Assembly (NCBI GenBank): GCA_903813345.2 | Contig: CAIIXF020000001.1 | Location: 41,416,001 to 41,480,000, forward strand | Reading direction: 5' to 3' | Source of the DNA: Owenia fusiformis | Taxonomy: Eukaryota | Length of the DNA stretch: 64,000 bases | Shown: piece after piece, positions 35,466 through 49,245 of the stretch | Layout of the letters: every line of letters begins with the position of its first letter | Position numbering within the stretch: the first letter of the stretch is position 1 | The notes under the pieces: model-generated | Told to the model about the DNA's origin: nothing | What the model saw: the letters and a program-made list of their open reading frames with translations, nothing else | Database searches by the model: none | Translations under genes and position numbers: made by a program

Positions 35466-38400
35466 ATGAAGTTGCGATCAGGAACTTCTAAAGGAGAAGG
35501 AAATGGTGATGTTGATGCATCTAGTGGGATGGACCCTGGGATGGATTCCAGAGTAATCACAATATTTGGGAAAAAGTTTAACTTCGTTATTCTTGTGACC
35601 CACTTCAACATTTTCCTGTATGCTGCCTGCTTTTGGATCCAAACGGGAACTCTGCCAGTGAGTAATTTTGAATTATTGGAACTGGAATTATTGAGATTTG
35701 TGCTTGGCTTACTTGCTTTTGAATGGTCTCATCGTATTACCAACTTCCCTCTGATATGTCTACTTAATTCTAAAACCATTTCTTCTTTGTTCACAAAGCC
35801 CAGTTGTAATGAGTAATGTCACCACCAAAAAGTGGTGACATATTGTTATGGTCTCTATTTTTTGAGGGCAGTTGGTGGTTGGTGATTGACTTTATATTCA
35901 AGATTTGGCCTTCAATGACCAAAAAATGGTCAAAAAAAGGTTAAAAAGGTATTTTTTTCAACTTGACCAATTTTTTTTCAAAATCAGCCACAAAGAAGTT
36001 CAAATCTGACTATAGATTTGACCTTCAATGACATTCTCAAGGTCAAAAATGATTTGACCATCAATGACCTTCACAAGGCCAAAAAGGCCTTTTTCATCTT
36101 GCTTCAAATCGACCAATTTATTTTTTCAAAATCATCTACAAGTTCTCAGAAATCCAAATCTGACTGAAGATTGAATAATATTGTGAGCAAGTAGGTGGTG
36201 ACATTTTGTCATGTTAATGCCTTGTTATTAAGTGTTGTAAATAAGAATTGTAATATTTTCATTATCCTTTCCAGTACTTGACTAAGAAGCTGGGTGTAGA
36301 TGCAGTTATCTATGGTTACCTCCAAACAACTTTTGCTGTTGTTCAATTATGTGGAGGGCCTCTGTATGGCAGATTTGGGGACTTATTTGGAGGTCAAGCT
36401 GCCCTAGTTTTAGCATTTGGAGCTGCAGCGATATCTTATGCCATACTTGGTGTCTCATACAGCATTCCAGTTCTGTTTCTTTCCAGACTACCTTCAGTCT
36501 TCATGCATGCTATGCAAGGTATGGTTCAGCAAATGTTTGTTAGATATATACTAGATTCAATATAAAATATTTTTTATGTCAAACTTTTATGTGAAATTAC
36601 TATGAAATATGATTAATCCACTCATTTGATTTTCATGAATTCTTAAACTTCTCGTATGTTTCACGAGGAATTAATATTCACTAATGAGATCAGCAATGTC
36701 TTAAAGAATTTACCAGTATGCAATCTGCAAAATTTCACTTCTTTTTACTTCTAAGGTATTTTTTATGAATTAAAATTACATGATTGAGAAAACTTCTTTC
36801 ATCAAATAATCTACTTATCATTTTGCAGGTGGCCAGATGGTAGTAACAGACATGGCAGATTCTAAAAATAGAGCTGATGCCCTTGGGAAATTGGGTTTAT
36901 CTTATGGTATTGGCATGGTTGTTGGACCATTTATTGGTGGCTTGGTGACCAAATATTCCAGGTAACTGAAACAGGCTTCAGCACCGGTTCTGTCAATATG
37001 TCTCTCACTCCCCGGAAATTGTCCCATATGGTGTAATCCATTTTGATACAAGCAGGGCTTTGTGGAGGCCATACATCTGTCTTGGTGTAATCTGGGGTAG
37101 CCTCCTGATGGGCCTGGGTTACCCTACATGGACTAATTTGTGAACCTACTTGTAGCCAACTTGTTGATGGTATTTCTAGGGTACTTAGTATAAATTTTCA
37201 ATGAATTCGGCTCATCTATAATAACTGAAAAATGATTGTCAAAAAGTGGTTTACTTTTTTTTTGGAACACCAAATATAATACCTGTATTTCCCAGGATTG
37301 AATAAACAAGAAACATGTTTGAATCTTTATTTCTAAGTTTTAAGTGAAAAATTATTTCAGTTATAATTATTTATACTTCCTTATTTTAACATGCAAGAAT
37401 ACTGAATGATAGAATGAACTAGTTTGTTATAATGAACAACAATCAATGTACTTTATTTTGAGTGAAAGGAGTCAAACTGCTTTACTTTTGTTAGGGAACC
37501 ATTGATTTTTAAAAATAAAGCAACTTTTAATTTACATTTTGGTTGGATGGAGGTGGTCAATGTAAAATCAATAACACTCCGAGACAACATTGAAACGTTG
37601 ACCTAAACATGCATTACTTTTACATTTATTACATTTAATTACAGTGAACAAACTGCAGCTTTAGTCGCAGCAGCAGGATCAGTGCTCAGTATTCTTATCG
37701 TGCTTATTTTTATCCCTAAACAAACAAAGATGGCACATGTTGAAGTAAAAGGTAAGCTCATTACAGGGTGGCCCTCAATATCTCTCAGTTAGCCTACTCA
37801 TTCATCTTACTACTACTAATGTTATTTATATTTGATGTTGATAAGGTCTTAATGATCACAAATGTTGATTTCTTTTATGATAGATTGAAGGTCAGCTACT
37901 TATGCTAGGTCAAAGTGTTATTGAATGGTTGTAGATGAGGTTGAGATTTTGTGAAATTGGTGGGTCAATACTGTGATTTTCTGAAGTGCTAGGCTTATGT
38001 GGAGACTATGAATATTGTTGATCAAACAAAAATGGTTTGACTTAAAGTCTAACATTTTAGAAAGTTAGCAAACCACAATGTAATGTTCATGAACATAAAT
38101 ATATGAAAAATAAAGTCAATTAAATCATATGATTTAATTTATTTGAATGATTGCAGAGCACAAAATTATTTCATTTATAGAATTTATTTTGCCTGACAAT
38201 GTTCCATTCATGTATACATCTTATATGTTAATTCCTTTGTACATGTACATGTATTTAATGCCTCCAGATGGGAATGAAGCAAATGGTAAAATTACTTTAA
38301 CTACATTTTTTATATAACAGGAAACTCAGTATAAATGAAATGAATGTAGCTAAATATGTAAATTGTAATGGTTGGTTGGGTGTGGATCTCCTATTATACA

Positions 38401-41400
38401 ATATTAATATCTAAAAATCTCAAATTTTATCAGAGCTATCTAAGCCTTTGAGTATGCCATGTCAAATAGAATTATCTTTGACTAAAAGTTAAACTTTGTG
38501 TTTATTTTTAGCATCAGAGAAGTCTGCCAGCAGTATATTCAGTATAAAGAAGATTATGAGCCTCTTGGCACAGCCTGGTGCTTTAGTTCTACTGACAGTG
38601 AAAGCTGTATCAGGTATTCATCTTATACTGCAACACAGGCATTTAAATTGTATTATGATAGCGTAATGTAATTATTTGCAGTGTAGTTAATAAGAAAATT
38701 AATTTTTTCATACTTCATGCATTGACATCTTCAAGGTCAAAAAAGTACATGTAATGTATATTTATCTTTTTATTTTGCGATTCAACTGCTCTATGCCTTG
38801 CAACACCCTCACTACGACACCTATTACATATGTTGCCATTGGAATAGTTTTATTCAAAAAGGTTTAAAATCCTTTTTGGCTCACACAGTGAGCCTATGGG
38901 ATCGACCAGGCGTCCGTCCGAAGAAACCAAGGCAGCAACAACAAATGACGTCCGTTGGTCCGTCCATCCTTTGGTCCGTCCGTCCGTCCTTTTGGCTCAC
39001 ACAGTGAGCCTATGGGATCTGTGAATACTAGACACTTTGTTGAAGTAGAACTTTCAAATAACTTGCAGTAGTTGCTGTATATGCAACTTATGTCCTCTGA
39101 AGATTTCAAAGCTCTTGGAATTACAGTTTTTGGTGTTTACTCCATAAAATTTGACAAAAAGTAGGACTTAGTCATTTTCAGGAAACTTATGTATAAAGTC
39201 AATGGCAGGTTTTGTGATTGACAAGTTTCTCAAAGTTTGCCTTATACTTGATCATTTCTTGCAATGAATTACATCATAACTAGATTTAAGCATTCCCTAC
39301 ATATTCCTCAATATATGTCGGAATCAAATTTTTGCTGTTTTTGAGATATTTGACGTAAAAAAAACAGTAAAAATAAGTTATTTTTCAACTTGCTTCAATT
39401 TGACCAATTTTTTTTTTGAAAATCATCTACAAATTACCAGGAGTTCAAATCTGACATTAGATTTAGGATTTGACCTTTACTTGACCTTCAGTGACCTTTG
39501 AAAGGTCAAAAAAGTTGATTTTTCAAATTGAATTTTGGATGTAAATTTTGGTCAGCTTAATCACAAAAGACCTTACTGAGCTCTGATTAAGTAAAATTTT
39601 CAAGGTCAAAGGTCATCAAACTAGGTCACACAACTGTGCTGTCTAAGTTTCTCAAAGTTCGAAAATACAAATCCAAATCAATATTTTTGTTTGAAAGTTT
39701 TTGTCTGAAGGTACCAAACTGTGTGAGCACAGGACCGTGGGTCCTATTTTTATCCTGAGAAAACTTCATAGAAATTTTCAGCCTGAGATGACATCAAGAA
39801 TTCAGAAAATATACCCCCGTTCTTGAAGTCGCTGTAGTAAAAGAGGGAAGTGTTCATTGAAAAGGTTTCTGGATTTTTCTCCAGTGCCATGTTCAGTAAA
39901 AATCAACAATACCAAAGTTTGCATACAATGTGAAAACTACACAGCATGATTTTAAAATAATATTAAGGGTCATATGGGGAAGGATCTTGATTTCCCTGAG
40001 GAATATATTATGCCTCCTTTAGAGCCGTTACACCTCAGATTTTGGGGTAGAATCATAAATCCATGCACGTTAAGATATTAGATCTCATCATCCTTATAGC
40101 TAACTTATAGGCAGTTATAGTAAGAACCGTGACATCCAGTTTGGTGACTAATTTTATCCAAAACCTTAGTTAATCAATTGATTGATATCTTGGTTTTGAA
40201 AAACCTGATATTTATGAGACAAGTGAGTTGTCATGTTTAACCTCTTATTTATATTTTAGAGACATTTATATTTTATGGCGAATATTGTGATAGCCCACCC
40301 CCCTCCTTTAGGTGGATATCTAAAATAAGACACACCCTTTGACTCTCAATATATTATATTACAGGTGTTCCAATTGGAATATTCCAGAGCATGTTTGCTA
40401 TTCTTGCAATGGAGAAGTTTGGACTTGCACCAGAACAAAATGGCTTTATGATGTCATATGTGGGAGTAATAACTATGGTAAATTTTAGTAATACATAATT
40501 TTCAAGGTGCCAGTAGTTAGTTCAGTTCCACCATCAGGTTGCTAATTCGGGTTGATCCTGTAGTTATTCGTATATCAATATAGGCCATCAGCCTGGGGGG
40601 TTGGTCGGTATCAAATTAGGGGAATAATCGCCTTAGTGATTTTTGGGAAGATTAAGACCTCAAAAGTAAGAAAATATGTGATAGCATTGTAACAGTTGTA
40701 GCTAAATGGGTGTTATCACCCATTTTTCAAAATGGCCGCTGGTGGACGTGTCACAATATAAGAGTGGGTTTATCTAAGCACACTGAGATGCAAAAACTGT
40801 GATTTTAGGACCTATGTCAAGGTTTTAGGGGTCAAGGATTTCATTTATGTTTAAAGCTAAGTCATCAAACAATTGTTTCTTATAGAAATCCAAGATGGCT
40901 GCCAAAATGGGTGCAAAAACGAATATGTAACTACTGTTAATGCTCAAGAAACACTTAAGAACAGTGATTTTGGACCCCGTGTCTACATTTAGGGGTCAAG
41001 GATTTGATTTATGCCTAAATCTGACTCATCAAATAATTACTTTACATAGAAATCCAAGATGGCCACCAAAATGGATGCCAAATCAAATATGTAACTATTG
41101 ATTTAAGCTCAAAGAACAGTTAAGAACAATGATTTTGGAGACCATATATGGGTTTTAAGGGTCTAAATCTAAGTAATCAAACTATTACTTTAAATAAAAA
41201 TTCCAAGATGGACACCAAAATGGGTGCCAAAATGAATATTTAACTATTGATTTAAGCTCAGAGAACAGTTAAGAACAGTGATTTTGGACCACATGTCTGC
41301 GTTGAGAACAGTGATTTTTGAGACAATGTCTGGTTTAAAGGGTCAAGGATTAGACTTATGTCTAAATCTAAGTCATCAAACAATTACTTTATATAGAAAT

Positions 41401-44400
41401 CCAAGATGGCCACCAAAATGGGTGCCAAAATGAATATTTAACTGATTGATTTAAGCTCAAAGAACAGTTGAGAACAGTGATTTTTGAGACAATGTCTGGT
41501 TTAAAGGGTCAAGGATTAGACTTATGTCTAAATCTAAGTCATCAAACAATTACTTTATATAGAAATCCAAGATGGCCATCAAAATGGGTGCCAAAATGAA
41601 TATTTAATTGATTGATTTAAGGTCAAAGAACAGTTCAGAACAGTGATTTTTGAGACAAAGTCTAGGTTTAAACAGTCAAGGATTAAACTTATGTCTAAAT
41701 CTAAGTCATCAAACAATTACTTTATGCAGAAATCCAAGATGGCCATCAAAATGGGGGCCAAAATGAATATTTAACTATTGATTTTAGCTAAAAGAACAGT
41801 TAAGAACAGTGATTTTGGAGACAATGACTAGGTTTTAGGGGTTTCAACGGTGTCTAAATCTGAGTCATCAAACAATTGCTTTTCATAGAAATCCAAGATG
41901 GTCACCAAAATAGGTGCCAATAACAAGTAAATGTTGTTTAAGCTCAAAGAACAGTTTATAACAGTAATTTGAGACCATGTCAAAATTTTTGGTGTCAAGA
42001 ATTTCAGTCATGTCTACAACTATAATTAATTCCTTTATTTGGATTCAAGATGGCTTCCAACATTGCTGCCAAAGTGAAAATAAGATTAATTATCTAAACA
42101 TATAGAGGAGTTAGAACATAAATTTTTGATTAATTTTGTCTTTATTAAAATCAACAAACATTTTATTTATATGGGTATCCAAGATGGCCTCCAAAATGTC
42201 TGCCAAAATGAATTCATATAACTATCCATTTAACCACATAGATCAGCAAGAACAATAATTTTGGAAGCAATGTTTTACTTTAAGGAGGTCATGATCATCT
42301 AGAGCTATGCCATGTAACAATCTGTGATTAATATCAGAATTTAAGATGGATGCCAAAGTGATAATATTATGCAGCCATTTTGGTGGCCATCTTGGATATC
42401 AAAATAAAGGAATTATTTTATGACTTAATTATAGACAAAATTCTTGGCCTCTTAAACCTGGACACGAGCTTAAATCAATAGTTACATATTCATTTCAGCA
42501 CCCATTTTGGTGGCCATCTTGGATTTCTATAAAAAGTAGTTATTTGATTACTTAGATTTAGACATTAATGAAATCTTTAGCCCCTACAAAATAGACAGAG
42601 TATCTAAAATTACTGTTCTTAACTGTTATTTCAGCTTAAATCAATATGCGTAGTTACATATTCATTTTGGCATCCATTTTGGTGGCCATCTTGGATTTCT
42701 ATAAAAAGTAATTGTTTGATGACTTAGATTTAGACATAAGTCTAATCCTTGACCGTTTAAACCTAGACATTGTCTCAAAAATCACTGTTCTCAACTGTTC
42801 TTTGAGCTTAAATCAATCAATTAAATATTCATTTTGGCAACCATTTTGGTGGCCATCTTGGATTTCTATATAAAGTAATTGTTTGATGACTCAGATTTAG
42901 ACATACGTCAAATCCTTGACCCTTAAAACTAAGACATGATCTCTGAAATCACTGTATGTTCTTTGAGCTTAAATCAATAGTTACAGTGCATATTCGTTTT
43001 GGCACCCATTCTGGCGGCCATCTTGTATTCTATGAAAAGGTAATTATTTATCAATGATTACATACCGGTATTCGTTTTGGGACCCATTTTGGTGGCCATC
43101 TTGGATTTCTATAAGAAGTAATTGCTTGATGACTTAGATTTCAGCATAAATGAAATCATTGACCCCTAAAACCCAAACTTAGGCCCTAAAATCACAGTTT
43201 CTGCATCTCAGTATACTTAGATATACCCACTCTTATATTATAACACGTGCACCGGCGGCCATTTTGAAAAATGGGTGATAACACCCTTTTAGCTACAACT
43301 GTTGCAATGCTATCACATATTTTCTTACTCTAGAGGTCTTAACCTTCACAAAAATCACTATGGCGATTATTCCCCTGATTTGATACCGATAACCTAAATT
43401 TTGGGGTGAAGCTGATGGCCTAATAAGGGTTTGTGGCTTCTTTTTGTTGGACAATCATATCAGAAGCCACATTTCATCAAAATCTGGAGGTAAACAAATA
43501 AGCAATCAAAGCTTTTTCCTCATAACTGTTATGCTGTACATGTATTTAAAAATACATTTGTTTTTTAAACAGACTGCCCACTCTTTATGAGATTACCATA
43601 GCAATTACTTTGACAACAAATTCTATTATTGTGTTTTTGCTGGTTTGGTGAGGAATGATATTGGCACATTTAATCAAATATCATATTTGGGAAAATATAC
43701 CCAAAATGGCAGAAAAGTCCTAGATTCTTATCTGACCTCCCTGTAGGTACCTTCATGAACTATGAAGTGAATTCCTCAACCTCCTGACCTCTCGAAGAGT
43801 GAAAATAAAATGCAGACTTTTACTTAACTATATTTTTTACAGATTATGCAAGGATTTGGACTTGGCATTTTAACTAAGAGATTTAAAGAGATGTCGCTCA
43901 TCACCTTATCATCTTTTGTGCTTGTGTGGGCCTACCTGTTATTGGTAATCAATATTTTCTAGTAGCATTGTTCTTGTCTCACCTAGATTCATAATTTTTT
44001 AAAACAATTATTGTAAATTTTTTATGAATATTGAGATATTTTATTTTAGTATACCGGTATTTATTTTAAACAATAGATCACTTAATATCTGCATAGTTGA
44101 AATACATTTAGGATAACATAGGCGTAGCCCCCCCCCCCCATAACCAATGAAAATAGAACCATTAGAAGAAAAGAGTTTTAAAATGCTTTTTATTTGAAGC
44201 TTCTAGCTCAATTTTGAAGGAAGTTATATCAAATTTTGCAGAATTCAAAACAAATCTTAAAAAAACTTTTTTGGCTTGCTTATGCCACGATTGCAGCCCC
44301 CCCCCCAAATTAAAACTGGAAAAAAATTGGTGATCGCACCCCCCCTGATTGAAAGCTGGCTACGCCGATGGGATAATGTGCTACATATAACGATGCAAGC

Positions 44401-45802
44401 CTATTAATTTTGCAGGCATTTGTGCAAGATGTCACTCAGCTGTGTCTTGTCATGTTTCCATTGTGCTTCGGTCTTACAATCAAAAATGTGATCATAAGCA
44501 GTGCTCTAACCCATACAGTCCCCGATGAAGATACAGGTATGTATAAACCTTACAGACTCTGGTCACTCCCTAGTCACCCTTCAAATTGAATATGATAATT
44601 ATCCCAACAAACTATGTTCAGTAGAGATATAGAGAAGCTGTCCGTTAAAATTGTTTGGTTCAAGGGATAATGAAGCTCTGCTCAAGATGATGTTTTCAAG
44701 ATTTCCACTGAATTCCAAAATGGCCACCATTTTTCATAGAAAACATAGTTTTTGGTAACTCAAATACAAGTGGACAATTTCTGTTCTTTTATATGCTGAT
44801 GCATGGAGACAAAGAAGCTGTGTTCAAGAAGAAATTTTCAAGATGACCACTATTTATCAAAACATGTTTTGTTCGTTGGGATTTGCTACTCTGTGGAGTT
44901 GCTGTTTTCTAGTTTATTGTATTTTTACTTCGTTAAATACAAATTTTGTGAATTTCAAATGTTGAACTTTTCAACACCTTATAACATAATTTTTATCTCA
45001 CTCTTTGGTGTGAACAGGTATCCCAATTAATTTTGATTCCCAAGATGGCTGCTGAATTTAAATTGGTTGCCAAATTTCAAAGAGAAATAGTTTTTATGAT
45101 AACACAAATACCGGTATTGCGCTTTGGTCAAAGGTTCATATGCTAATGAATTTATAATATGAAACCATGTCATATCATGGGTGTAAATTTTGCCAAAAGG
45201 AGACAATATTACTATCCTTATTCTTCTGGCTGGTTATTTCTGTCATGTTATGTTCAAATTGACATGTAATATGATAAAATGTTTTGTTCAGTGGGACAAG
45301 CTACCCTGGGGAGTTGCTGTTTTTCTAGCTATAATATTGCCAAACTTTGGTTTATTAATCCTAGAACTTGATATGCTAATCAAGGGTGTGATACTAGTAT
45401 TGTTCTGCCTGTGCCTTATTTTAATAAATTGCTGCATGATCATTTTAAACATCTCTGAAAATAAACTTGAAACATTTGCTGAGAATTATGAAAAAAGGGT
45501 TGCAGATTTGTCAAGCAGATGTAGCCCAGAGATTGTGGGTTTGAGTCCTTTGTGCTCTTTGTATTTAAAAATTCAGAAAAAATAATTTTTTGCTTCCAGG
45601 TGCCATGCTAGGTCTGAATATGGCAGTGAACTCATTAATCCGTACAGTTTCGCCAACAGTAGGAGGCATAATGCTTAACACATGGGGTTACCCATCTTTT
45701 GGATATGTAGGATTTGTCGCGAGCTCTCTAGTCTTCATATATCTATATTTTATACGAAAAGAACCTAAAGACAGCAATATACATGTATCGCATACAACTT
45801 AA
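35466..45802 (+). CDS. SLC22A18: MFS transporter, solute carrier family 22 member 18-like, ~438 aa, 9 exons
   Basis: Exons 35466-35657, 36275-36518, 36829-36961, 37645-37751, 38512-38613, 40365-40477, 43843-43944, 44416-44536 and 45600-45802; all GT-AG and in phase (1317 nt). MFS motif GGPLYGRFGDLFG, RADALGKLGLSYGIGMVVGP and many hydrophobic segments. Confidence 0.9.
35817..36226 (+). mobile_element. Family-A HINE-like element with ~2 degenerate satellite monomers
   Basis: Same termini as 2351-2535; internal TGACCTTCAATGAC..CTCAAGGTCA matches the 9480-11150 monomer in reverse. Confidence 0.75.
38873..39750 (+). mobile_element. HINE/Helentron-like element with a duplicated 5' end
   Basis: TTTTGGCTCACACAGTGAGCC at ~38875 and ~38990, GTCC microsatellite, 3' CTGTGTGAGC plus hairpin AGGACCGTGGGTCCT and a T-run. 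Confidence 0.7.
40581..43422. mobile_element. 2.8-kb foldback element, TAG termini, 3-bp TSD (Academ-like), arms made of ~165-bp repeats
   Basis: TAGGCCATCAGC / GCTGATGGCCTA with ATA flanks; AGAAATCCAAGATGGC repeats in the left arm and GCCATCTTGGATTTCT in the right arm. Confidence 0.85.
44117..44370. mobile_element. 254-bp MITE with 6-bp TSD (hAT6-like)
   Basis: TIR CATAGGCGTAGCC / GGCTACGCCGATG; GGATAA at 44111-44116 and 44371-44376. Confidence 0.75.
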
Positions 45803-45822
45803 TGATTCCAAATTGTATAATA

Positions 45823-46465
45823 CAGGGTGTCCCGAAAGTATGGGGCCCCCCCTAGGCAGACATATTCCAGTGTCCTCATAGTATGTATCATATATCATTT
45901 TAAAGCTTATCCAAAGTTACATTGATTTGCCAAGTATCATGGTTTAACTCCCAACTGGGAAAAAGTTACAGTCATTTTAAAAGTTAGTGTTTTGTCAAAA
46001 TAAAGTTCAATTTTACTCCACATCACTAGTCAATGAGGCCCCCCTTGGCCATGTTAACAGCAGCAATTATTTTCAGATATGACTTTAAAAGCCCTTCAAA
46101 TAGGGGTGGGGAATTTTATAACCCTCTTAAAACCTGTTATGGCACTTTAGAAGAGTTTCCTTAGAGTTTCTACCCTCACCGTTCTCTTTTTCCAACTCAA
46201 TATCCATCTGACCCGAAAAGAATTGCTGCTGTTACAATGGCCCTGAAGGACACATTAACTAGTGATTTGGTGTAAAATTGAACTTAATTTTGACCAAACA
46301 CTAAATTTTGAAATGCCTGTCATTTTTTCACATTTGAAAGTTGAATCATGATACTTGGTGAATCAATATAACTTTGGATGAGCTTTAAAATGACATATGA
46401 CACATACTATGACGACACTGGTATATGTCTGCCTAGGGGGGGCCCCATACTTTCGGGACACCCTG
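45823..46465. mobile_element. Tc1/mariner-type palindromic MITE with TA TSD, 20 bp after the SLC22A18 stop
   Basis: TA|CAGGGTGTCCCGAAAGTATGGGGCCCCCCCTAGGCAGACATAT is inverted at the right end ...GGGACACCCTG|TA. Confidence 0.9.
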
Positions 46466-48144
46466 TACATTGTACACAGGGTGCATCATCATGACAATAT
46501 ATACAGATTTTGAACAAAGGCTGTTTTTTATTAATTCTGGTGAAAAAGAAGTTGGGAGGTTTTTCTGTTGACTTTCTGACGCTTGATAATGATACATGGA
46601 TCATTACAGTGTACACTGTACTAAACCTGACTAAACCACAAGTAAACAATCTACTGTCATCAATTTTCATTTTTCAGTGGGAGAAAAAAAGTCATCACTT
46701 CTTGTAAATCAGAATTTTGGGAAAAAGTCAGTCTTAGAATTAAACGCCTTTGATTTTAAAATGCAGTTTAATTTAACAAAACATTCTATACAATACTATC
46801 TCCTACTGTGCAGTTATTACTATTGTTATTAATATCATTGTATTTATATTTACAATGTTTAATTCATAATTTTGAGATTACCTCTCATTGAGGGAGCTTT
46901 TTATTACTATCCGATACTTATAGACATTGACATTTAAGCTGATAAACGCACACCATAGGCTTTTATTGGAGTCAAGTATTCCTACGTTCATATATATATG
47001 TACATGTAATTAATTAATCTCATACAGGTATTGAACTTGAACTCGAAGACCTCTTTCATGAGTGATTTGTAAATGAGAGATTTTAGTTTGTTGGTAGCTT
47101 CGGCCAAGTCGGTATTTTTTACTTATGATATCTGATCTTGAATTATTACCGCGGTCATAATAGAAATCAAGATAAGTAAAAGAGACCGACTTGGGCAAGG
47201 CTAGTTTATCGGGTAATTTCTACAATACATAATGATTTTTTATGTTAAACCTTATATTCATAGATTTTATATTACATTATGTGATAGAACAACATAGAAT
47301 AAACATGGTTTTACTTAGGTTATATATACTGTATGAACATATTTATGTACAATACTTGATAACTGTTTCAATGTACTGAGGTATTCACATATAATACACA
47401 GGTTTCATTCATTTATTCTTCACTCCAAAGGCATGGTATTCCAAGTTTTAACCATCTTCTCTAAGTAAGCAAGAACTTATTCTGGATCATGTAGCCCTGC
47501 ATTTGGAGGTTTTGCAGGACATTATTTACATACATGTACATGTTACGTTGAATGGTTAAAACACAGATCATGACATTAGAGAGATTTGGCATTGACAACT
47601 CCCTCATATGTCAGGTTTATAAATACAGAATATCAGATCATTTTGAGTGATATCATTCAATAAATTGATATAAGATATCAACACGAGTGAGAAATGATCT
47701 GATATAACAAAAATGATCTGAAATTGGATTTCCTTTAGAAAAAATGTCTGAAAAAATTCACACAGATCTCTTTTAAATCAGAAATATCACTAGCTATTGT
47801 TGTACAGATACAATGATCGTGGTATAAAATGTCCTTAGTAAATGAAAATAAAGTACCGTGATACTTGACCTAAGTTTTATCAGCATCCACTCTCCAATAT
47901 GTATATTGCAAAATAACTTAAGTTCACATGCAAAGATTTAGGTAATTTCAATCAAAACTCCACCAAGCTAGTTAAATAGAATAGAAGGCAAAATCTATGT
48001 TATATGGATCATTATGGTCTCATTATTAACTAAAAGAGTAAAATCTATTTTAATAATTATGTTTTCCTAATTCCAAAATCCCTCATTAACAAAGTTGGGA
48101 GGTTGGTTTAACAGGTAATGAAATGGATTGCATTTAAAACTTAA

Positions 48145-49245
48145 AGGGGCAACAAGCATTCTGATACTCAGACCATCTCTGCTATGCACAAGAATGAAAC
48201 AAGGAAACTGAGAGAAGGCTGTGATATCTCATGATGGGCAACAAGGACTGTAGAGAGAAAATTAGAAAATGTTTATTTTTTCTGAGCTATCAGGTGTAAA
48301 TTTGACTTAACATCTTCTTTGACTTACCTATTTTCTAAAAATGTATGGATAAACTATCAATTTCAGCATTAAGAAGTGTAAATTCAGTTCAAAGCTTCTA
48401 TAAAGGGAGTCCCACTTAATATAGAGTTTTAAGATCCACAAAGTTTCAAGAGGAATATCATCTGAAATAATGTTCATCCAGGGGGTTTCTTTGAGGATAA
48501 TGAAAATATATGTTAGTCTTGATGAAATATACAAACTTTAGTATATTTTGACACTGGTTGATGATCCATTGAATGGCCCCTCTGCATTAATTGTTGCACC
48601 TTTAATGCAAATGTTTGAAATGCCCCCTGACAGTACTTAGTGTGCTAAGTGATAAAGGCTGTGATCCCATTCTTATTTAACACTTCTGTACCAGGGGTGG
48701 TCTTGGAAATCAAGAGGCACTTTAGGTCTAGTAACCAAATATTAGGGAAAGGATTTCAGTTACAATATTTACAATTGCAAAGTAATTATTTACATCCGGG
48801 AGGAAACGTATAATGGTCCATATAGTTTTGTTAAGCTCATATTGATATTGTTCTCTGAATCTTCAAGCTTTGTAAACTTAAAGGTGCAATAATTAGTGCA
48901 GAGGGGTCATTCAATGATCATGGACCAGTGTCAAAATATATTTAAGTTTGGATATTTCATCAAGACTAACATCTATTTTTATTATCTACAAAGAAACCCC
49001 CTAGATAAACATTATTTTAGCTTATATTCCTCTTGAAACATGGTGGATCTTAAAAATATAAAAGTGGAAGTCCCCTTTTTGAAGCTTTGAGCTGAATTTA
49101 CACTTCTTAATGCTGAAATTGATAATTTATCCATACATTTTAAGAAAATAGGTATGTCAAAGAAGATGTTAAACCAAATGTTGCCTTGATAGCTCAGAAA
49201 AAATGAAAAAACTTTCCTATTTTCTCTACAGTCCTTATTGCCCCT
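48145..49245. mobile_element. Palindromic element with TTAA TSD and AGG termini (Kolobok-like)
   Basis: TTAA|AGGGGCAA...TTGCCCCT|TTAA; ~370-bp inverted arms at 48236-48605 and 48878-49245. Confidence 0.8.

Noticed and set aside
45190..45585. 131-aa hydrophobic ORF
   Set aside because: Lies in SLC22A18 intron 8, has a TTG start, and flanking exons already join in phase; probably a chance T-rich frame
47098..47200. ~100-nt imperfect hairpin, possible pre-miRNA
   Set aside because: Equally consistent with a MITE remnant in a palindrome-rich genome; no family recognised
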